Shown here: in pieces, positions 1 to 10,367 of the stretch | How the letters are laid out: every line of letters begins with the position of its first letter | Numbering within the stretch: position 1 is the first letter of the stretch | Source: a virus | Strand: one strand, 5' to 3' | Virus record (IMG/VR): IMGVR_UViG_3300013108_000622 | Location: 1-64,000 of that record | Length of the DNA: 64,000 nucleotides | Translations under genes and position numbers: made by a program | Notes under the pieces: model-generated | What the model was told of the DNA's origin: nothing | Seen by the model: only the letters and a program-made list of their open reading frames with translations | The model's database searches: none

Positions 1-2634
1 ATTTTTAAAGATTGTGATTATGCAATGTTGGGTGATATTCATCTTGAGAATCAAATACTTGACAAAGACGGTCGCATTCGTTATGCCGGATCCACAATTC
101 AGCAAAATTTCGGAGAGGCAACTTGTAAAGGTTTTTTGCTTTGGGACATTAAAGATAAAGAAAGTTTTACCTGCAAGCCTTTCCTCTATACGTCGCCCAA
201 GCCTTTTATCTCCATTTCTTTAACTGCCGAGGGAAAAGTCCCAGAGGCCAAAATTCCAGAAGGTTGTCGTCTTCGACTTGTAGTAGAGAACAGTATTTCA
301 ACGACTGCTCTTAAAAAAGCGGTCAATGTGGCCAAGAAACTATACAGTCCAGAATCCGTTTCAATAATCAACCGGGCAACTTCCAGTAATGGAGTGGAAG
401 TTTCTGATGACTTTAAGCGGGATGACTTAAGAGACATTACCGTTCAAGAGACATTAATCCGGGAGTATTTAGAGGATTATAAATTAAATGAAGATCTTGA
501 TACGCGCATCATCGAACTCAATAAAAAATATAATGAAATTGCCGAAAAGAATGATGAGACTTATCGCAACACCAATTATGAGATTCTTGAGTTGGAGTGG
601 GACAACCTATTTAACTATGGTGAAAAGAATAGGTTAGACTTTACCAAATATACTGGAATTACAGGAATTTTTGGAAAGAATTTTTCTGGTAAGTCGAGCA
701 TCGTTGACTCTCTTTTGTTCACGATTTATAATTCAATTTCCAAGAATTCGCGTAAGAGTGTTAATATTGTCAACAACAACAAGACTGAAGGTTACGGACG
801 AGTAAAGATTAAGCGAGGAAATAAAGTTTATACGATTTCGCGCAAGGTTGAAAAATATCTTAAAAAATTAAAAGGTAAAGAAACTGTCGAAGCCAAGACG
901 ATATTAGACTTTAAATGCACCGATCTTCTTACAGAAGAAACCCATTCTCTTAATGGGTTGACTCGGGCCGACACAGATCGCAATATTGTTAAATATTTCG
1001 GCACTATTGATGACTTCTTAATGACCTCTATGTCATCTCAATTGGGAGCATTAAATTTTATTGGAGAGGGCTCGACTAAGCGTAAAGAGATATTGGCTAA
1101 ATTTTTGGACCTGGATTTGCTAGATAAGAAGTTCAAAAATGCCAAAGACGACGCGGCAGATCTAAAAGCCGCCATCAGAATCTTAGATAATGTAGATTAT
1201 GATGAAGAAATCAAAAAGTATCAAAAAGAATTGCTCAATAATGAGGCCATTACCGAAGCTAGAAAAAATCAATGTCAAAGATTAAAATTAAAAGTTGGAG
1301 AAGTGGAGAAAGAAATTTCGCTACTGGAAGATAAGATAAATTCTGCACCGACTGAAATGATTAATATAAAAGAGTTGCAAAGTAAGATTATAAAAACAAA
1401 AAAAAATATTTCTGACTTTGATTCTCAAACATTGGCTACGCAAGATCTTATTGAAAAAAATAAAGAAAAGATTACTAAAGCAGAGAGATTCGTCGAAGAT
1501 TTTGACTTTGAGGCTTTAACGTCGCAAAAAACAGACCATACAGAAATCTCGAAAGAGTTGGACACCATTGTTAGAAATCTTAATGATGACGAGAGTAGTA
1601 TTAAACGTCTCAAAAACCAAATCGATCTATTAAAAGAGGTTCCATGTGGAAAAGAGTTCTCGCACTGTAAATTTATCAAAGGCGCATACGATGCCCAGGA
1701 ACAGGTCGAGCTGATTCAATTGTCAATCAATAATAACAAGCGAGTCCGCGATGCTTTGAGAGATAAAGCTGAAGTGATAAAGATAGAAAATGTCCTTGAT
1801 GATTTAAAGAAGTTTGACACATTTTTAAACATTAAAAAGCAACTAGAAATAGAAACGAATTCTTCTCATTTAATGCTGGAAAGTTTGACCTCGAAAAAAT
1901 CTGTTGCGAAACACGAACTGAAAGACTTGAAGAATAAAGAAAAAATTTATGAAGAAAACAAAGACGTTATTGAGAACATAAACAACGTCGTTGCCCAAAA
2001 GACCGACAAGCAAAATGTTTTGGTTTCTTGCAATCAAGAGCTTTCTGAGTGTGAAAATCTTTTATTAGATCTCTATAAGTCTCACGGATTTTATGAACAG
2101 AAGATTGAGAATTTAAAAGAGCAAAAGCTTAAGAAAGAGCAAACACAAAACCAGTTCGAAGCATACGATCTTTATATGCGAGCGATGCATCCCAATGGGA
2201 TTGCGTATGATATAATCAAGAAGTCTCTACCCGTCATTAATTCAGAAATTTCAAAAGTTCTTGCAAACGTGGTAGACTTCGAGGTGTTCTTTGAAACGGA
2301 AGACAATCGTTTGGATATCTACATTAAACACCCTGATCGCGATCCAAGCCCATTAGAAATGGCAAGCGGCGCAGAAAAAACTGTTTCGTCAATGGCGATC
2401 CGATTAGCTTTTATTGCAGTATCCACAATTCCTCGGAGCCAATTATTTGTTTTGGACGAACCAGGGACAGCCTTGGACGAAGAACGAATGGAGGGTTTTA
2501 CAAGAATTTTAGAAATTGTAAAGTCCGTGTTCAAAACAGTTATGCTAATTTCACATTTGGATAGTTTGAAAGATTCCGCTGACTCTATCATTAATATTGA
2601 AAAGAAGAATGGATATGCAAATGTGAACTGTTAA
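1..2634 (+). CDS. Fused Mre11/SbcD nuclease (C-terminal part) and Rad50/SbcC ATPase (T4 gp47+gp46-like); 5' truncated by the window edge
   Basis: Frame is open from base 1. Metallophosphoesterase motifs LGDIH and YAGS, then Walker A GKNFSGKSS, a long coiled coil, signature ASGAEK, Walker B FVLDEP and H-loop LISH. Confidence 0.9.
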   Translation: MFKDCDYAMLGDIHLENQILDKDGRIRYAGSTIQQNFGEATCKGFLLWDIKDKESFTCKPFLYTSPKPFISISLTAEGKVPEAKIPEGCRLRLVVENSISTTALKKAVNVAKKLYSPESVSIINRATSSNGVEVSDDFKRDDLRDITVQETLIREYLEDYKLNEDLDTRIIELNKKYNEIAEKNDETYRNTNYEILELEWDNLFNYGEKNRLDFTKYTGITGIFGKNFSGKSSIVDSLLFTIYNSISKNSRKSVNIVNNNKTEGYGRVKIKRGNKVYTISRKVEKYLKKLKGKETVEAKTILDFKCTDLLTEETHSLNGLTRADTDRNIVKYFGTIDDFLMTSMSSQLGALNFIGEGSTKRKEILAKFLDLDLLDKKFKNAKDDAADLKAAIRILDNVDYDEEIKKYQKELLNNEAITEARKNQCQRLKLKVGEVEKEISLLEDKINSAPTEMINIKELQSKIIKTKKNISDFDSQTLATQDLIEKNKEKITKAERFVEDFDFEALTSQKTDHTEISKELDTIVRNLNDDESSIKRLKNQIDLLKEVPCGKEFSHCKFIKGAYDAQEQVELIQLSINNNKRVRDALRDKAEVIKIENVLDDLKKFDTFLNIKKQLEIETNSSHLMLESLTSKKSVAKHELKDLKNKEKIYEENKDVIENINNVVAQKTDKQNVLVSCNQELSECENLLLDLYKSHGFYEQKIENLKEQKLKKEQTQNQFEAYDLYMRAMHPNGIAYDIIKKSLPVINSEISKVLANVVDFEVFFETEDNRLDIYIKHPDRDPSPLEMASGAEKTVSSMAIRLAFIAVSTIPRSQLFVLDEPGTALDEERMEGFTRILEIVKSVFKTVMLISHLDSLKDSADSIINIEKKNGYANVNC

Positions 2635-2645
2635 CAGAACAAGAA

Positions 2646-2653
2646 ACTACTTA
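2646..2653 (+). promoter_or_regulatory. Putative late promoter motif ACTACTTA
   Basis: Same ACTA(T/C)TTA motif that recurs upstream of structural genes; followed by SD AAGGAGGTG. Confidence 0.55.
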
Positions 2654-2670
2654 TAAGGAGGTGATATATT

Positions 2671-2919
2671 ATGAAAGATTTAGAAATCAAAGACATTTTT
2701 GAAAAAGTCAGTGAAGGCGTAGCCGGAATTACTGGCGTTGTCATTAATCTCGTTGCTCTCGCTATTCTTGTTGAGGTTATTTACGGCCAAGGCATTTTTG
2801 GAATGGGCGTTATTGGCAACATCACTAAACTTGTTAACGACATTGGTTCAAGTGGCTTTGCTGGTCTCGTCTCTCTCCTTGTACTTGTTGTGCTATTTAG
2901 AGGAAAGAAATCCTCATGA
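2671..2919 (+). CDS. Small membrane protein (2 hydrophobic segments), possibly holin-like
   Basis: Strong SD; hydrophobic helices and a basic C-terminus (RGKKSS). Confidence 0.6.
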   Translation: MKDLEIKDIFEKVSEGVAGITGVVINLVALAILVEVIYGQGIFGMGVIGNITKLVNDIGSSGFAGLVSLLVLVVLFRGKKSS

Positions 2920-3122
2920 GCGAAGTAATCAAACCAGTTTTTGACAGATTGATGGGAAAAGTCATTTCCCGTAAATTCACAGTATTCTCACTCGCAACTT
3001 TATTTTTATATCTTGGCAGTATCACTGGCGAGCAATGGGTTGCTATATCTTTGGGCTATATCGGAATACAAGGTATTGCTGATATCGCTACACAATGGAA
3101 ATTTGGGAAACAACAATTATGA
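2916..3122 (+). CDS. Small membrane protein, holin-like
   Basis: SRKF followed by two short hydrophobic helices; ATGA overlap with the upstream gene. Confidence 0.55.
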   Translation: MSEVIKPVFDRLMGKVISRKFTVFSLATLFLYLGSITGEQWVAISLGYIGIQGIADIATQWKFGKQQL

Positions 3123-3433
3123 AATTAACAAAAGAAAAGCTGCAAGAAATCATCGAAGAAGAACTTAGAGAATACAAGGTTAAAACCCCAAAACATTTTA
3201 ACCCAAGCCAAGAACCAGGAACCGCAGACGATGTGTTTCACGATTGTATTGCAAGCGTAAAAAAGAGTTTTAAGAAGCACGACTATAAGCCAGATGCAGG
3301 TAAGACAGTTGAAGACGCCGCCGCAGCCATTTGTACTGATTCTCGCAAAGAAGGCGGCGCAACTTTAGATTGGGGCGAAAAGCGCAAGAAGGAAGTTGAA
3401 AAAGCTCGCCCAGGTGGAAAAGACGGAGAATGA
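3119..3433 (+). CDS. Hypothetical protein with N-terminal MKLTKEKLQEIIEEE motif
   Basis: Start reassigned to ATG 3119 (ATGA overlap); motif shared with other head-region proteins. Confidence 0.65.
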   Translation: MKLTKEKLQEIIEEELREYKVKTPKHFNPSQEPGTADDVFHDCIASVKKSFKKHDYKPDAGKTVEDAAAAICTDSRKEGGATLDWGEKRKKEVEKARPGGKDGE

Positions 3434-3765
3434 ATATAATTGAGCTAAAAAAAATGATCAGGGATCAAATTCTTGAGCAAAAGTGGAACAAAGATTCAGA
3501 AACTCCTCGTGATTATTCAAAAGAATACGATAAGCCTGGTTCAAAAGAGCAAGAAGAGAGAAACAAGAGAAAGCGCGATAAACGAAAACATGATAAAGAA
3601 AACGGCGAGTGCAAACCGGGAGAAGAATTGCACCACGTTAATGGCATTGAGAACGATGAAGTGGTATGCGAACCGGTATCAAAAAATCGTGGCCGCAAAG
3701 AAAAGTCTCGATTAAAAGACAAAGAAATAGTTATAAAGGTGGTTAAAGATAATGAGTGTTCTTAA
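3430..3765 (+). CDS. HNH-like small endonuclease-fold protein
   Basis: RDYSKEY, a basic helix, then ELHHVNG...SKNRGR, resembling small phage HNH proteins. Confidence 0.55.
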   Translation: MNIIELKKMIRDQILEQKWNKDSETPRDYSKEYDKPGSKEQEERNKRKRDKRKHDKENGECKPGEELHHVNGIENDEVVCEPVSKNRGRKEKSRLKDKEIVIKVVKDNECS

Positions 3766-4150
3766 GAGTGTGTGGGTATTTCTAAAAACGCATTGGTATA
3801 TTCCTGTAATTATTGTTGCTGGGATCATATTCAAAAGCAAAAGTGACAGCTTGTTGAAAGTCATTGACGCTCAAAAAGAGTCATATAAAAAACAAAAAGA
3901 TGCTATTGAGTCGGCTGAAATTGAAAAAAAGAAGTCTAAAGAAAAAATAAATAATGAATTTAATAATGCAGTGACAGCAATTGAAAGCTTTCACAAAGTA
4001 CAAGGAAAAAAACTAGAAGCCTCTAAAAAGAAAGAAATTAAAAATATTGTTAAAAAGCATTATAATAATAAACAAGCAATAACATCAGAGATAAAAGATT
4101 TGTTTGGTATAACTTATGTTCCTAAAAAAGATAACGATAATTCTAACTAG
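3752..4150 (+). CDS. N-terminally anchored coiled-coil membrane protein (i-spanin-like)
   Basis: N-terminal hydrophobic segment (WYIPVIIVAGIIF) followed by a charged coiled coil; overlaps the next gene. Confidence 0.5.
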   Translation: MSVLKSVWVFLKTHWYIPVIIVAGIIFKSKSDSLLKVIDAQKESYKKQKDAIESAEIEKKKSKEKINNEFNNAVTAIESFHKVQGKKLEASKKKEIKNIVKKHYNNKQAITSEIKDLFGITYVPKKDNDNSN

Positions 4151-4568
4151 CTTTTTATTTATCACCAGCACTGCTCAAGCTCAGACAACAACAAGCACAT
4201 CTGGAAAATTTACTATTTTAAACAAAGGCGATGCCGCCCCTTTTGACGGAACATTGCTTGATCCTGTGGCAATGGCCAAAATAATTGCAGACAAAAAATA
4301 TGCAGCAAAAGACTGTAGTTTAAAGATAAAATATGAAAAAGACTTAGGTAATGCCCGATGCATCCGTGACACTAAGTTGTTAAAATCAGAATTAGAAATT
4401 GAAAAGAAGAAATATAACCTGATTGTTTCTGCTCAAAAAGAAGAAATTGAAGTGTTAAGAAGTTTAGCTACCGGACAAAACAATACACTTTGGGCAACCA
4501 TTGGTTTTGCGCTCGGTGCCGTAACATCAATTGCAATATTTTATGCTGCAAAAGAGGTTTCGAATTGA
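4116..4568 (+). CDS. Signal-peptide protein with C-terminal TM helix (spanin-like partner)
   Basis: Signal peptide ending in AQA, APFDGTLL motif, coiled coil and a C-terminal TM segment. Confidence 0.5.
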   Translation: MFLKKITIILTSFLFITSTAQAQTTTSTSGKFTILNKGDAAPFDGTLLDPVAMAKIIADKKYAAKDCSLKIKYEKDLGNARCIRDTKLLKSELEIEKKKYNLIVSAQKEEIEVLRSLATGQNNTLWATIGFALGAVTSIAIFYAAKEVSN

Positions 4569-4933
4569 AAGATCCAAACAAATTAATTAAGGTCGAACAA
4601 GCGATTCAAGAAAAATACGGAGCACAAACCGTACAAAACCCAAAGAATAATTGGGATGAGATTAAAGAAAAAGAATATCTCGAACAGATTAAAAAGATTT
4701 ATAAAGCTGAAAACCCCAAGGAGATCGTAGAGGTTGATGGTGTTTTAATGCCCAAGAAACTATTTAAGAAAGAGTCAAATCGTACTTGTCCAGAATGTAA
4801 GGTCTACTCGTTTCACATGAGAGATGATTTATATATGAACAAGTTTAAATGTTGTTTCAAATGTTATATACAATATGTTGAAGGAAGGGAAGAGAAGTGG
4901 CAACAAAAATTAAAATCACAGAAAAGATTTTAG
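4565..4933 (+). CDS. Zn-finger hypothetical protein
   Basis: Probable TTG start overlapping the upstream stop; CPEC...CCFKC. Confidence 0.65.
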   Translation: MKDPNKLIKVEQAIQEKYGAQTVQNPKNNWDEIKEKEYLEQIKKIYKAENPKEIVEVDGVLMPKKLFKKESNRTCPECKVYSFHMRDDLYMNKFKCCFKCYIQYVEGREEKWQQKLKSQKRF

Positions 4934-5436
4934 AAGATATGATATTAGAAGAAATGAATGAGCTTTCTGATAGTAATTTGCAAGAATTAAGCTTCTTATC
5001 AAAATTAAAAGGTGGCTTTAAAGGTATCAAGCAGGCAGCATCTGCTGGTGCAGAAAGACAAGTGGAATCAGATTTTATCAAAAAATACGTTCAAGCATTC
5101 CTCGCTTTACATAACGAATTGTATAGCTTGCCTGATCAGATGATAAAAGATGCTGGAAAATATAATCTTGATATCCAAAAAGACGATCAGCTTGCTGGAC
5201 TTGTCAGAAGAATAAAAGAAACATCAGATGATTTGGAATCTAGCAGGAAAGAAATCGTTGGGATGGCAAAATCATTGGGTATGGATATCGATGATCCTGG
5301 TGCAGAAGTAAGTGCCGATGCCAAGGCTGTTAAAACAGGGCTTGCGAGTAAGGCTGGATCTGCTATAAAGGGAATAGGAAAAGGACTCTTCGGAATAAAC
5401 GAAGAAACAGGAGAAAATAATAATGGCGACAAATAA
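4897..5436 (+). CDS. Hypothetical protein with N-terminal KITEKILEDMILEE motif
   Basis: 179-aa ORF in the gene train; shared N-terminal motif. Confidence 0.65.
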   Translation: MATKIKITEKILEDMILEEMNELSDSNLQELSFLSKLKGGFKGIKQAASAGAERQVESDFIKKYVQAFLALHNELYSLPDQMIKDAGKYNLDIQKDDQLAGLVRRIKETSDDLESSRKEIVGMAKSLGMDIDDPGAEVSADAKAVKTGLASKAGSAIKGIGKGLFGINEETGENNNGDK

Positions 5437-5995
5437 TGATATTATAGAGATTATCAATGGCATCTCAACTGCTGCGGCTCAAGCATATGATGGAGCAATT
5501 GATGATAAGGGAGAGGCTGTCGAGATTGGCCTTTCTAGAGAAGACGGAGATATAATTCATGATAAAAGACTAATTGATGGGTTTAATGTTTCTATTTCTG
5601 GAAATGTTTTGATAATCAAATATCAGGGTGAAATCATGTTAAAGGATGTTTACAAAGGCGATTTTGAATCTGAAATGGAACAAAGATTTGCAGACATTGT
5701 TTCATATCTCAAAAAATCATTTCGAAAAATTACTGGTAAATCCTTGTCGCTTTCAAAGATTGATAAAGAGCCGGACTTGCTTGTTCAAACAATGAGCAAG
5801 ATCAGAACCTGGGTTCAGGGCACTTGTTCTTATAAAATTGGTGGAATTCCAGACGAACCAGAATTAGGCGCAACTGTTGAAGAAAGGCTTTCCACGGCAG
5901 TTAAAAATTGGATTGGTATGGGTAAAGATGAATTCCCAAAAACCAAAGCACCACAGAATGTAAAAGGTAAGCGGGACGAAAATCCTAAAAGCTAA
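5423..5995 (+). CDS. Hypothetical protein upstream of terminase
   Basis: SD AGGAG; 190-aa ORF. Confidence 0.7.
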   Translation: MATNNDIIEIINGISTAAAQAYDGAIDDKGEAVEIGLSREDGDIIHDKRLIDGFNVSISGNVLIIKYQGEIMLKDVYKGDFESEMEQRFADIVSYLKKSFRKITGKSLSLSKIDKEPDLLVQTMSKIRTWVQGTCSYKIGGIPDEPELGATVEERLSTAVKNWIGMGKDEFPKTKAPQNVKGKRDENPKS

Positions 5996-6004
5996 TTAAT
6001 ATGT

Positions 6005-7594
6005 ATGTCGCATTACTTATCCAAAAAAGAGCTTGTAAAAGAGATAGTTAAATGTGGCAAAGATCCTGTTTATTTTATAGATAATTATTGCAAAATCGCC
6101 CACCCAACCAGAGGACAAATAGCCTTCAAGACTTGGGACTTTCAACAAGAATTATTGTACAAATTTAACGATTATCGCAACAATGTTATATTAAAATCGA
6201 GACAGATGGGCATCTCCACCATCACTGCTGCATATGTTTCTTGGATAATGCTATTTCATCGCGATAAAAATGTATTAGTCATCGCAACAAAGTTTAATAC
6301 TGCCGCCAATTTAGTAAAAAAAGTAAAAGCAATGATAAAGCTTTTACCACCTTGGTTCGATCAGTTAGCACAAATTGCAATCGATAACCGCTCATCGTTT
6401 GTTTTAAACAATGGATCAGAAATTAAAGCATCATCAACGTCAGCAGACGCTGGTCGTTCTGAAGCATTGTCATTGCTGGTTATCGATGAGGCCGCACATA
6501 TCGAAGGTTTTGATGATCTATGGACAGCCCTACAACCTACAATGGCCGCTGGTGGTCGTTGTATTGCTCTTTCATCCCCTAATGGTGTTGGAAATTGGTT
6601 TCATAAAACATACGTTTCTGCTGATTCTGGGGAGAATGATTTCCACCCAACTAGGTTACATTGGACTCTCCACCCAGAAAGAGATAAGAAGTGGTTTGAT
6701 GACACCACAAAAAACCTCTCCAGAAGAAAAATTGCACAAGAGTATGAATGTAATTTTAATGCATCTGGTGAAACAGTTGTCCATCCCGATAATTTAAATA
6801 AAATCGAGCAGATATGTTCAGACCCGAAATGGCAAACAGGTTTTGATAGAAATTTTTGGATTTGGAAAGAATATAATCCAGAGAGCAATTACTTATTGGT
6901 GGGTGATGTCGCTCGCGGTGATGGAAATGACTATTCAGTATTTCATATATTTGATACCAAAACCATGGAACAAGTCGCCGAATATCGCGGAAAACCAACG
7001 ACAGACTTGTTTTCGCGGATACTATTCGATGCCGGAAAAGAATATGGCGATGCAATGCTTATCGTTGAGAACAATAACATTGGCTATTCAGTTCTGGAAA
7101 AACTCATTGATGCCGGTTATCCAAATTTATATTACTCTACTAAAGGAACTCATGAATATGTTGAGCAATATCAGGCAGAAGCTATCTCAAATGCAATAGC
7201 CGGGTTTACCACTTCTCAAAAGACAAGACCTTTAATTATTGCCAAACTGGAAGAGTTCATAAGAAATGAACTAATTACGATCAATTCTATTAGATCTTTT
7301 CAAGAATTAAAGACATTCGTTTGGAGAAATGGAAGACCCGAAGCCCAGCGAGGATACAACGATGATCTTGTGATATCCCTATCGATTGCTTGCTGGGTTA
7401 GGGATACAGTGCTAGAGGAAAATACAAGAGAGCTTCAATATAAAAGAGCATTTTTAAACTCGATGATTGTTTCAAATACTAAATTAAATACTACAATTCC
7501 TGGAATGAATGGCTACAAAAAGTCTGAATCTTTTGATAAAATGAACAATGCAAAGAAAATTTATAAAGATTTTGGCTGGCTTATAAAAGGATAA
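6005..7594 (+). CDS. Terminase large subunit (T4 gp17-like)
   Basis: Walker A KSRQMGIST, Walker B LVIDEAAH, SSPNG motif, and RNase H-like nuclease motifs GDVARGDGNDYS and NDDLV. Confidence 0.95.
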   Translation: MSHYLSKKELVKEIVKCGKDPVYFIDNYCKIAHPTRGQIAFKTWDFQQELLYKFNDYRNNVILKSRQMGISTITAAYVSWIMLFHRDKNVLVIATKFNTAANLVKKVKAMIKLLPPWFDQLAQIAIDNRSSFVLNNGSEIKASSTSADAGRSEALSLLVIDEAAHIEGFDDLWTALQPTMAAGGRCIALSSPNGVGNWFHKTYVSADSGENDFHPTRLHWTLHPERDKKWFDDTTKNLSRRKIAQEYECNFNASGETVVHPDNLNKIEQICSDPKWQTGFDRNFWIWKEYNPESNYLLVGDVARGDGNDYSVFHIFDTKTMEQVAEYRGKPTTDLFSRILFDAGKEYGDAMLIVENNNIGYSVLEKLIDAGYPNLYYSTKGTHEYVEQYQAEAISNAIAGFTTSQKTRPLIIAKLEEFIRNELITINSIRSFQELKTFVWRNGRPEAQRGYNDDLVISLSIACWVRDTVLEENTRELQYKRAFLNSMIVSNTKLNTTIPGMNGYKKSESFDKMNNAKKIYKDFGWLIKG

Positions 7595-7597
7595 ACA

Positions 7598-9556
7598 ATG
7601 GCACACAACAATAATAAAAATCAAAACAACCCAAGAAATCCAGATTCATTTTTGTTCAAAGCATTGACAAGATTGTTATCCGGGCCGTTGACAAAGTACC
7701 AACGCCAAAACCCAAGACAACTTAAGAGGTGGCAACTCGATAAATATAAGTTTCAATCTGCTGGTGGTCTTTCGTTCAAAAAAACCACCTACAACCCTTT
7801 TGAAACTGCTTTCGGCAATACTGCAACTGATGCCGCTAGAACAGAAAGATACAACGATTTTGATCAAATGGAATATATGCCGGAAATTTCATCTGCTTTA
7901 GACATATACGCAGATGAGATGACAGTATCTTCTCCCTTGCAAAAACTGTTAACAGTTCAATGTCCAAACGAAGAGATCAAAGAACTTCTTAGTAATTTAT
8001 TTTACAATGTTTTAAATGTTGACTTCAACCTTTACGGTTGGTGTAGATCAATGTGTAAGTATGGGGATTATTTTCTATATTTAGATATTGATGAAACCCT
8101 GGGTGTTAAATCCGTAATTGGATTACCAGCTGGAGAAATTCAACGCCTCGAAGGAGAAGACAAAACAAACCCAAGTTATGTACAATACCAGTGGAACTCT
8201 GGTGGCCTCACCTTTGAAAACTGGCAAATGGCCCACTTTAGGATTCTTGGGAATGATAAATATGCACCTTATGGAACATCGACTTTGGAGTCTTCTCGTA
8301 GAATCTGGAGGCAACTAATGTTGCTTGAGGATGCTATGATGGCGTATCGAGTTGTCAGATCACCAGAGCGAAGAGTGTTTTATATTGATGTTGGCGCAGT
8401 TCCTGAGAAAGAAGTCGAACAACATATGCAACGCATTGTAACTCAAATGAAGAGAAATCAAGTAATTGATCAAGACACAGGTCGTGTAGATTTGAGATAC
8501 AACCCCATGTCTGTTGATGAAGATTATTTTATCCCAGTCAGAGGAGCAGCTGGTGGCACTAAAATTGAATCATTGCCTGGAGGAACCTATACAGGTGATA
8601 TCGACGATGTTAAATATCTCAGGGACAAACTCTTTTCAGCATTGAAAATTCCAGCCTCTTACCTGACCCAAGAGGGTGACGGAGAAGATAAGACCACCCT
8701 AGCACAAAAAGATATTAGATTTGCAAGAACAATTTCTAGACTACAGAGGAGTATAATTTCGGAACTAGAAAAGGTCGCAGTGATTCATCTTTACACCCTT
8801 GGGTATACAGGTAAGGATTTAATTTCTTTTAAATTAAAGTTAAATGCTCCATCAAAGATTGCAGAATTACAAGAGCTGGAGCATTGGAGGACAAAGTTCG
8901 AAATTGCAGCATCTGCCACAGAAGGTTATTTCAGCCGCCGCTGGGTTTCGAAGAATATCTTTGATTTGTCAGATGACGAGATTGTAAGAAATCAGAGAGA
9001 AATGTTTTACGATAAAAAACTGGACACAATGTTGGAGATTGTCGCGTCCCCAGAAATGGGCGGTGATGCCGGAGCAATGGACGATACGGTTGGAGACATA
9101 GGATCAGAAGACGATACAGGTATTGATGATGCAGGAACTGATGATGCAACAGAGGAGCCTGCTGAAGATGAAACATTGTTGGCAGAACCAGGTAAAAGAA
9201 ATGATATTTCTTGGAAAAATTTAGAAGAAGATTCTTATGTAACCCCCGGCTCCAAAGGTAAAGCCTACACCCCCGTTAAATCAGACAAGAGGGATATGGG
9301 TGCAAGAAACCGTAGCTACAAGAGCCATTGGGCCAATGAGAAGGGAAAAAACACACAAAGAAACACGTTTGCTGGATCATCGGAACTTAACCAACTTGCA
9401 AGAGGAATTTATGAATCTCAAGAAACTAATTATAAAAATGAAGATGACTTAGATGAGATTCGGGTTGTAGAAAATGATTTTGAGATTCAAAAAATAATTA
9501 AAAGTCTTGAAAATAAAGAAAAACGAGGAAAACAAAATGCCAAAATTCAAACATAA
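7598..9556 (+). CDS. Portal protein (T4 gp20-like) with an acidic C-terminal extension
   Basis: LLEDAMMAYRVVRSPERRVFYIDVG, EDYFIPVRG and IESLPGG are gp20 signatures. Confidence 0.95.
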   Translation: MAHNNNKNQNNPRNPDSFLFKALTRLLSGPLTKYQRQNPRQLKRWQLDKYKFQSAGGLSFKKTTYNPFETAFGNTATDAARTERYNDFDQMEYMPEISSALDIYADEMTVSSPLQKLLTVQCPNEEIKELLSNLFYNVLNVDFNLYGWCRSMCKYGDYFLYLDIDETLGVKSVIGLPAGEIQRLEGEDKTNPSYVQYQWNSGGLTFENWQMAHFRILGNDKYAPYGTSTLESSRRIWRQLMLLEDAMMAYRVVRSPERRVFYIDVGAVPEKEVEQHMQRIVTQMKRNQVIDQDTGRVDLRYNPMSVDEDYFIPVRGAAGGTKIESLPGGTYTGDIDDVKYLRDKLFSALKIPASYLTQEGDGEDKTTLAQKDIRFARTISRLQRSIISELEKVAVIHLYTLGYTGKDLISFKLKLNAPSKIAELQELEHWRTKFEIAASATEGYFSRRWVSKNIFDLSDDEIVRNQREMFYDKKLDTMLEIVASPEMGGDAGAMDDTVGDIGSEDDTGIDDAGTDDATEEPAEDETLLAEPGKRNDISWKNLEEDSYVTPGSKGKAYTPVKSDKRDMGARNRSYKSHWANEKGKNTQRNTFAGSSELNQLARGIYESQETNYKNEDDLDEIRVVENDFEIQKIIKSLENKEKRGKQNAKIQT

Positions 9557-10367
9557 TAAAAAAAGAAATAGCTCTTTTCTATATGAAGCTTTGATTCAAG
9601 AGCTAACAAAAGCTGTTGTTTCTAAAGATGAGTCTAAAAAAGAAACAATTGTGAAAATGATTAAGGAATCATTTAACAGCAAATCAGCGATGTACCTTGA
9701 GTTAAAACTTTATAGAGCGATTACACATACCAAAGGCGCTGGGGTGGTAACGGCTGAAAAGATTATAAATGAAGTAAAGCGCAGACACGCGGCTCTTGAC
9801 CAAAAAAAGTTAATCAAAGAGCAGGAGAGTCTAGTTAGGAAAATCCGTAAATCTCTTTCAGATGATACTTTTTCTAATTTTGTTCCTAACTATAAACAAT
9901 TAGCTTCAATTGCTCAAATTTTTAATAACAATGTTTCTGTAAAATCTAAAATTCTATTGGAAAACGAGGTTGTTGCCTCTATGACCTCGAAAGAAACCGA
10001 CAAGCAAAGGTTGGAACCAATTGATAATATAGTTTATAAATCTTTTGTTAAGAAATTTAATGAAGAATATGGCGACAAGCTGTTGAGTGAGCAAAAAGAT
10101 CTTCTAGGCAAGTTTGTTAATTCCTTTGGTGATAATTCTTTAGAGTTGAAAGCTTATTTAAATGAAGAAATTGGCCGCCTCAAGAAAGCTGTAAGTTCCT
10201 CTAAGGATAAAGAAGAATTTTTAGAAGATAAAGAGATGTCAAAGAATATTAATAAAGTTCTAGACATGTTAGAAACTTATAAAGATAGAAAGCCTGATGC
10301 AAAAATGATCGAGGAAGTTGTGATGGTCCAAGGCTTAGTATGGGAGCTTACCCAAGATGTCAATTAA
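9537..10367 (+). CDS. Hypothetical head-module protein
   Basis: Start at ATG 9537 (SD GAGG); helical protein beginning MPKFKHNKKRN. Confidence 0.7.
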   Translation: MPKFKHNKKRNSSFLYEALIQELTKAVVSKDESKKETIVKMIKESFNSKSAMYLELKLYRAITHTKGAGVVTAEKIINEVKRRHAALDQKKLIKEQESLVRKIRKSLSDDTFSNFVPNYKQLASIAQIFNNNVSVKSKILLENEVVASMTSKETDKQRLEPIDNIVYKSFVKKFNEEYGDKLLSEQKDLLGKFVNSFGDNSLELKAYLNEEIGRLKKAVSSSKDKEEFLEDKEMSKNINKVLDMLETYKDRKPDAKMIEEVVMVQGLVWELTQDVN

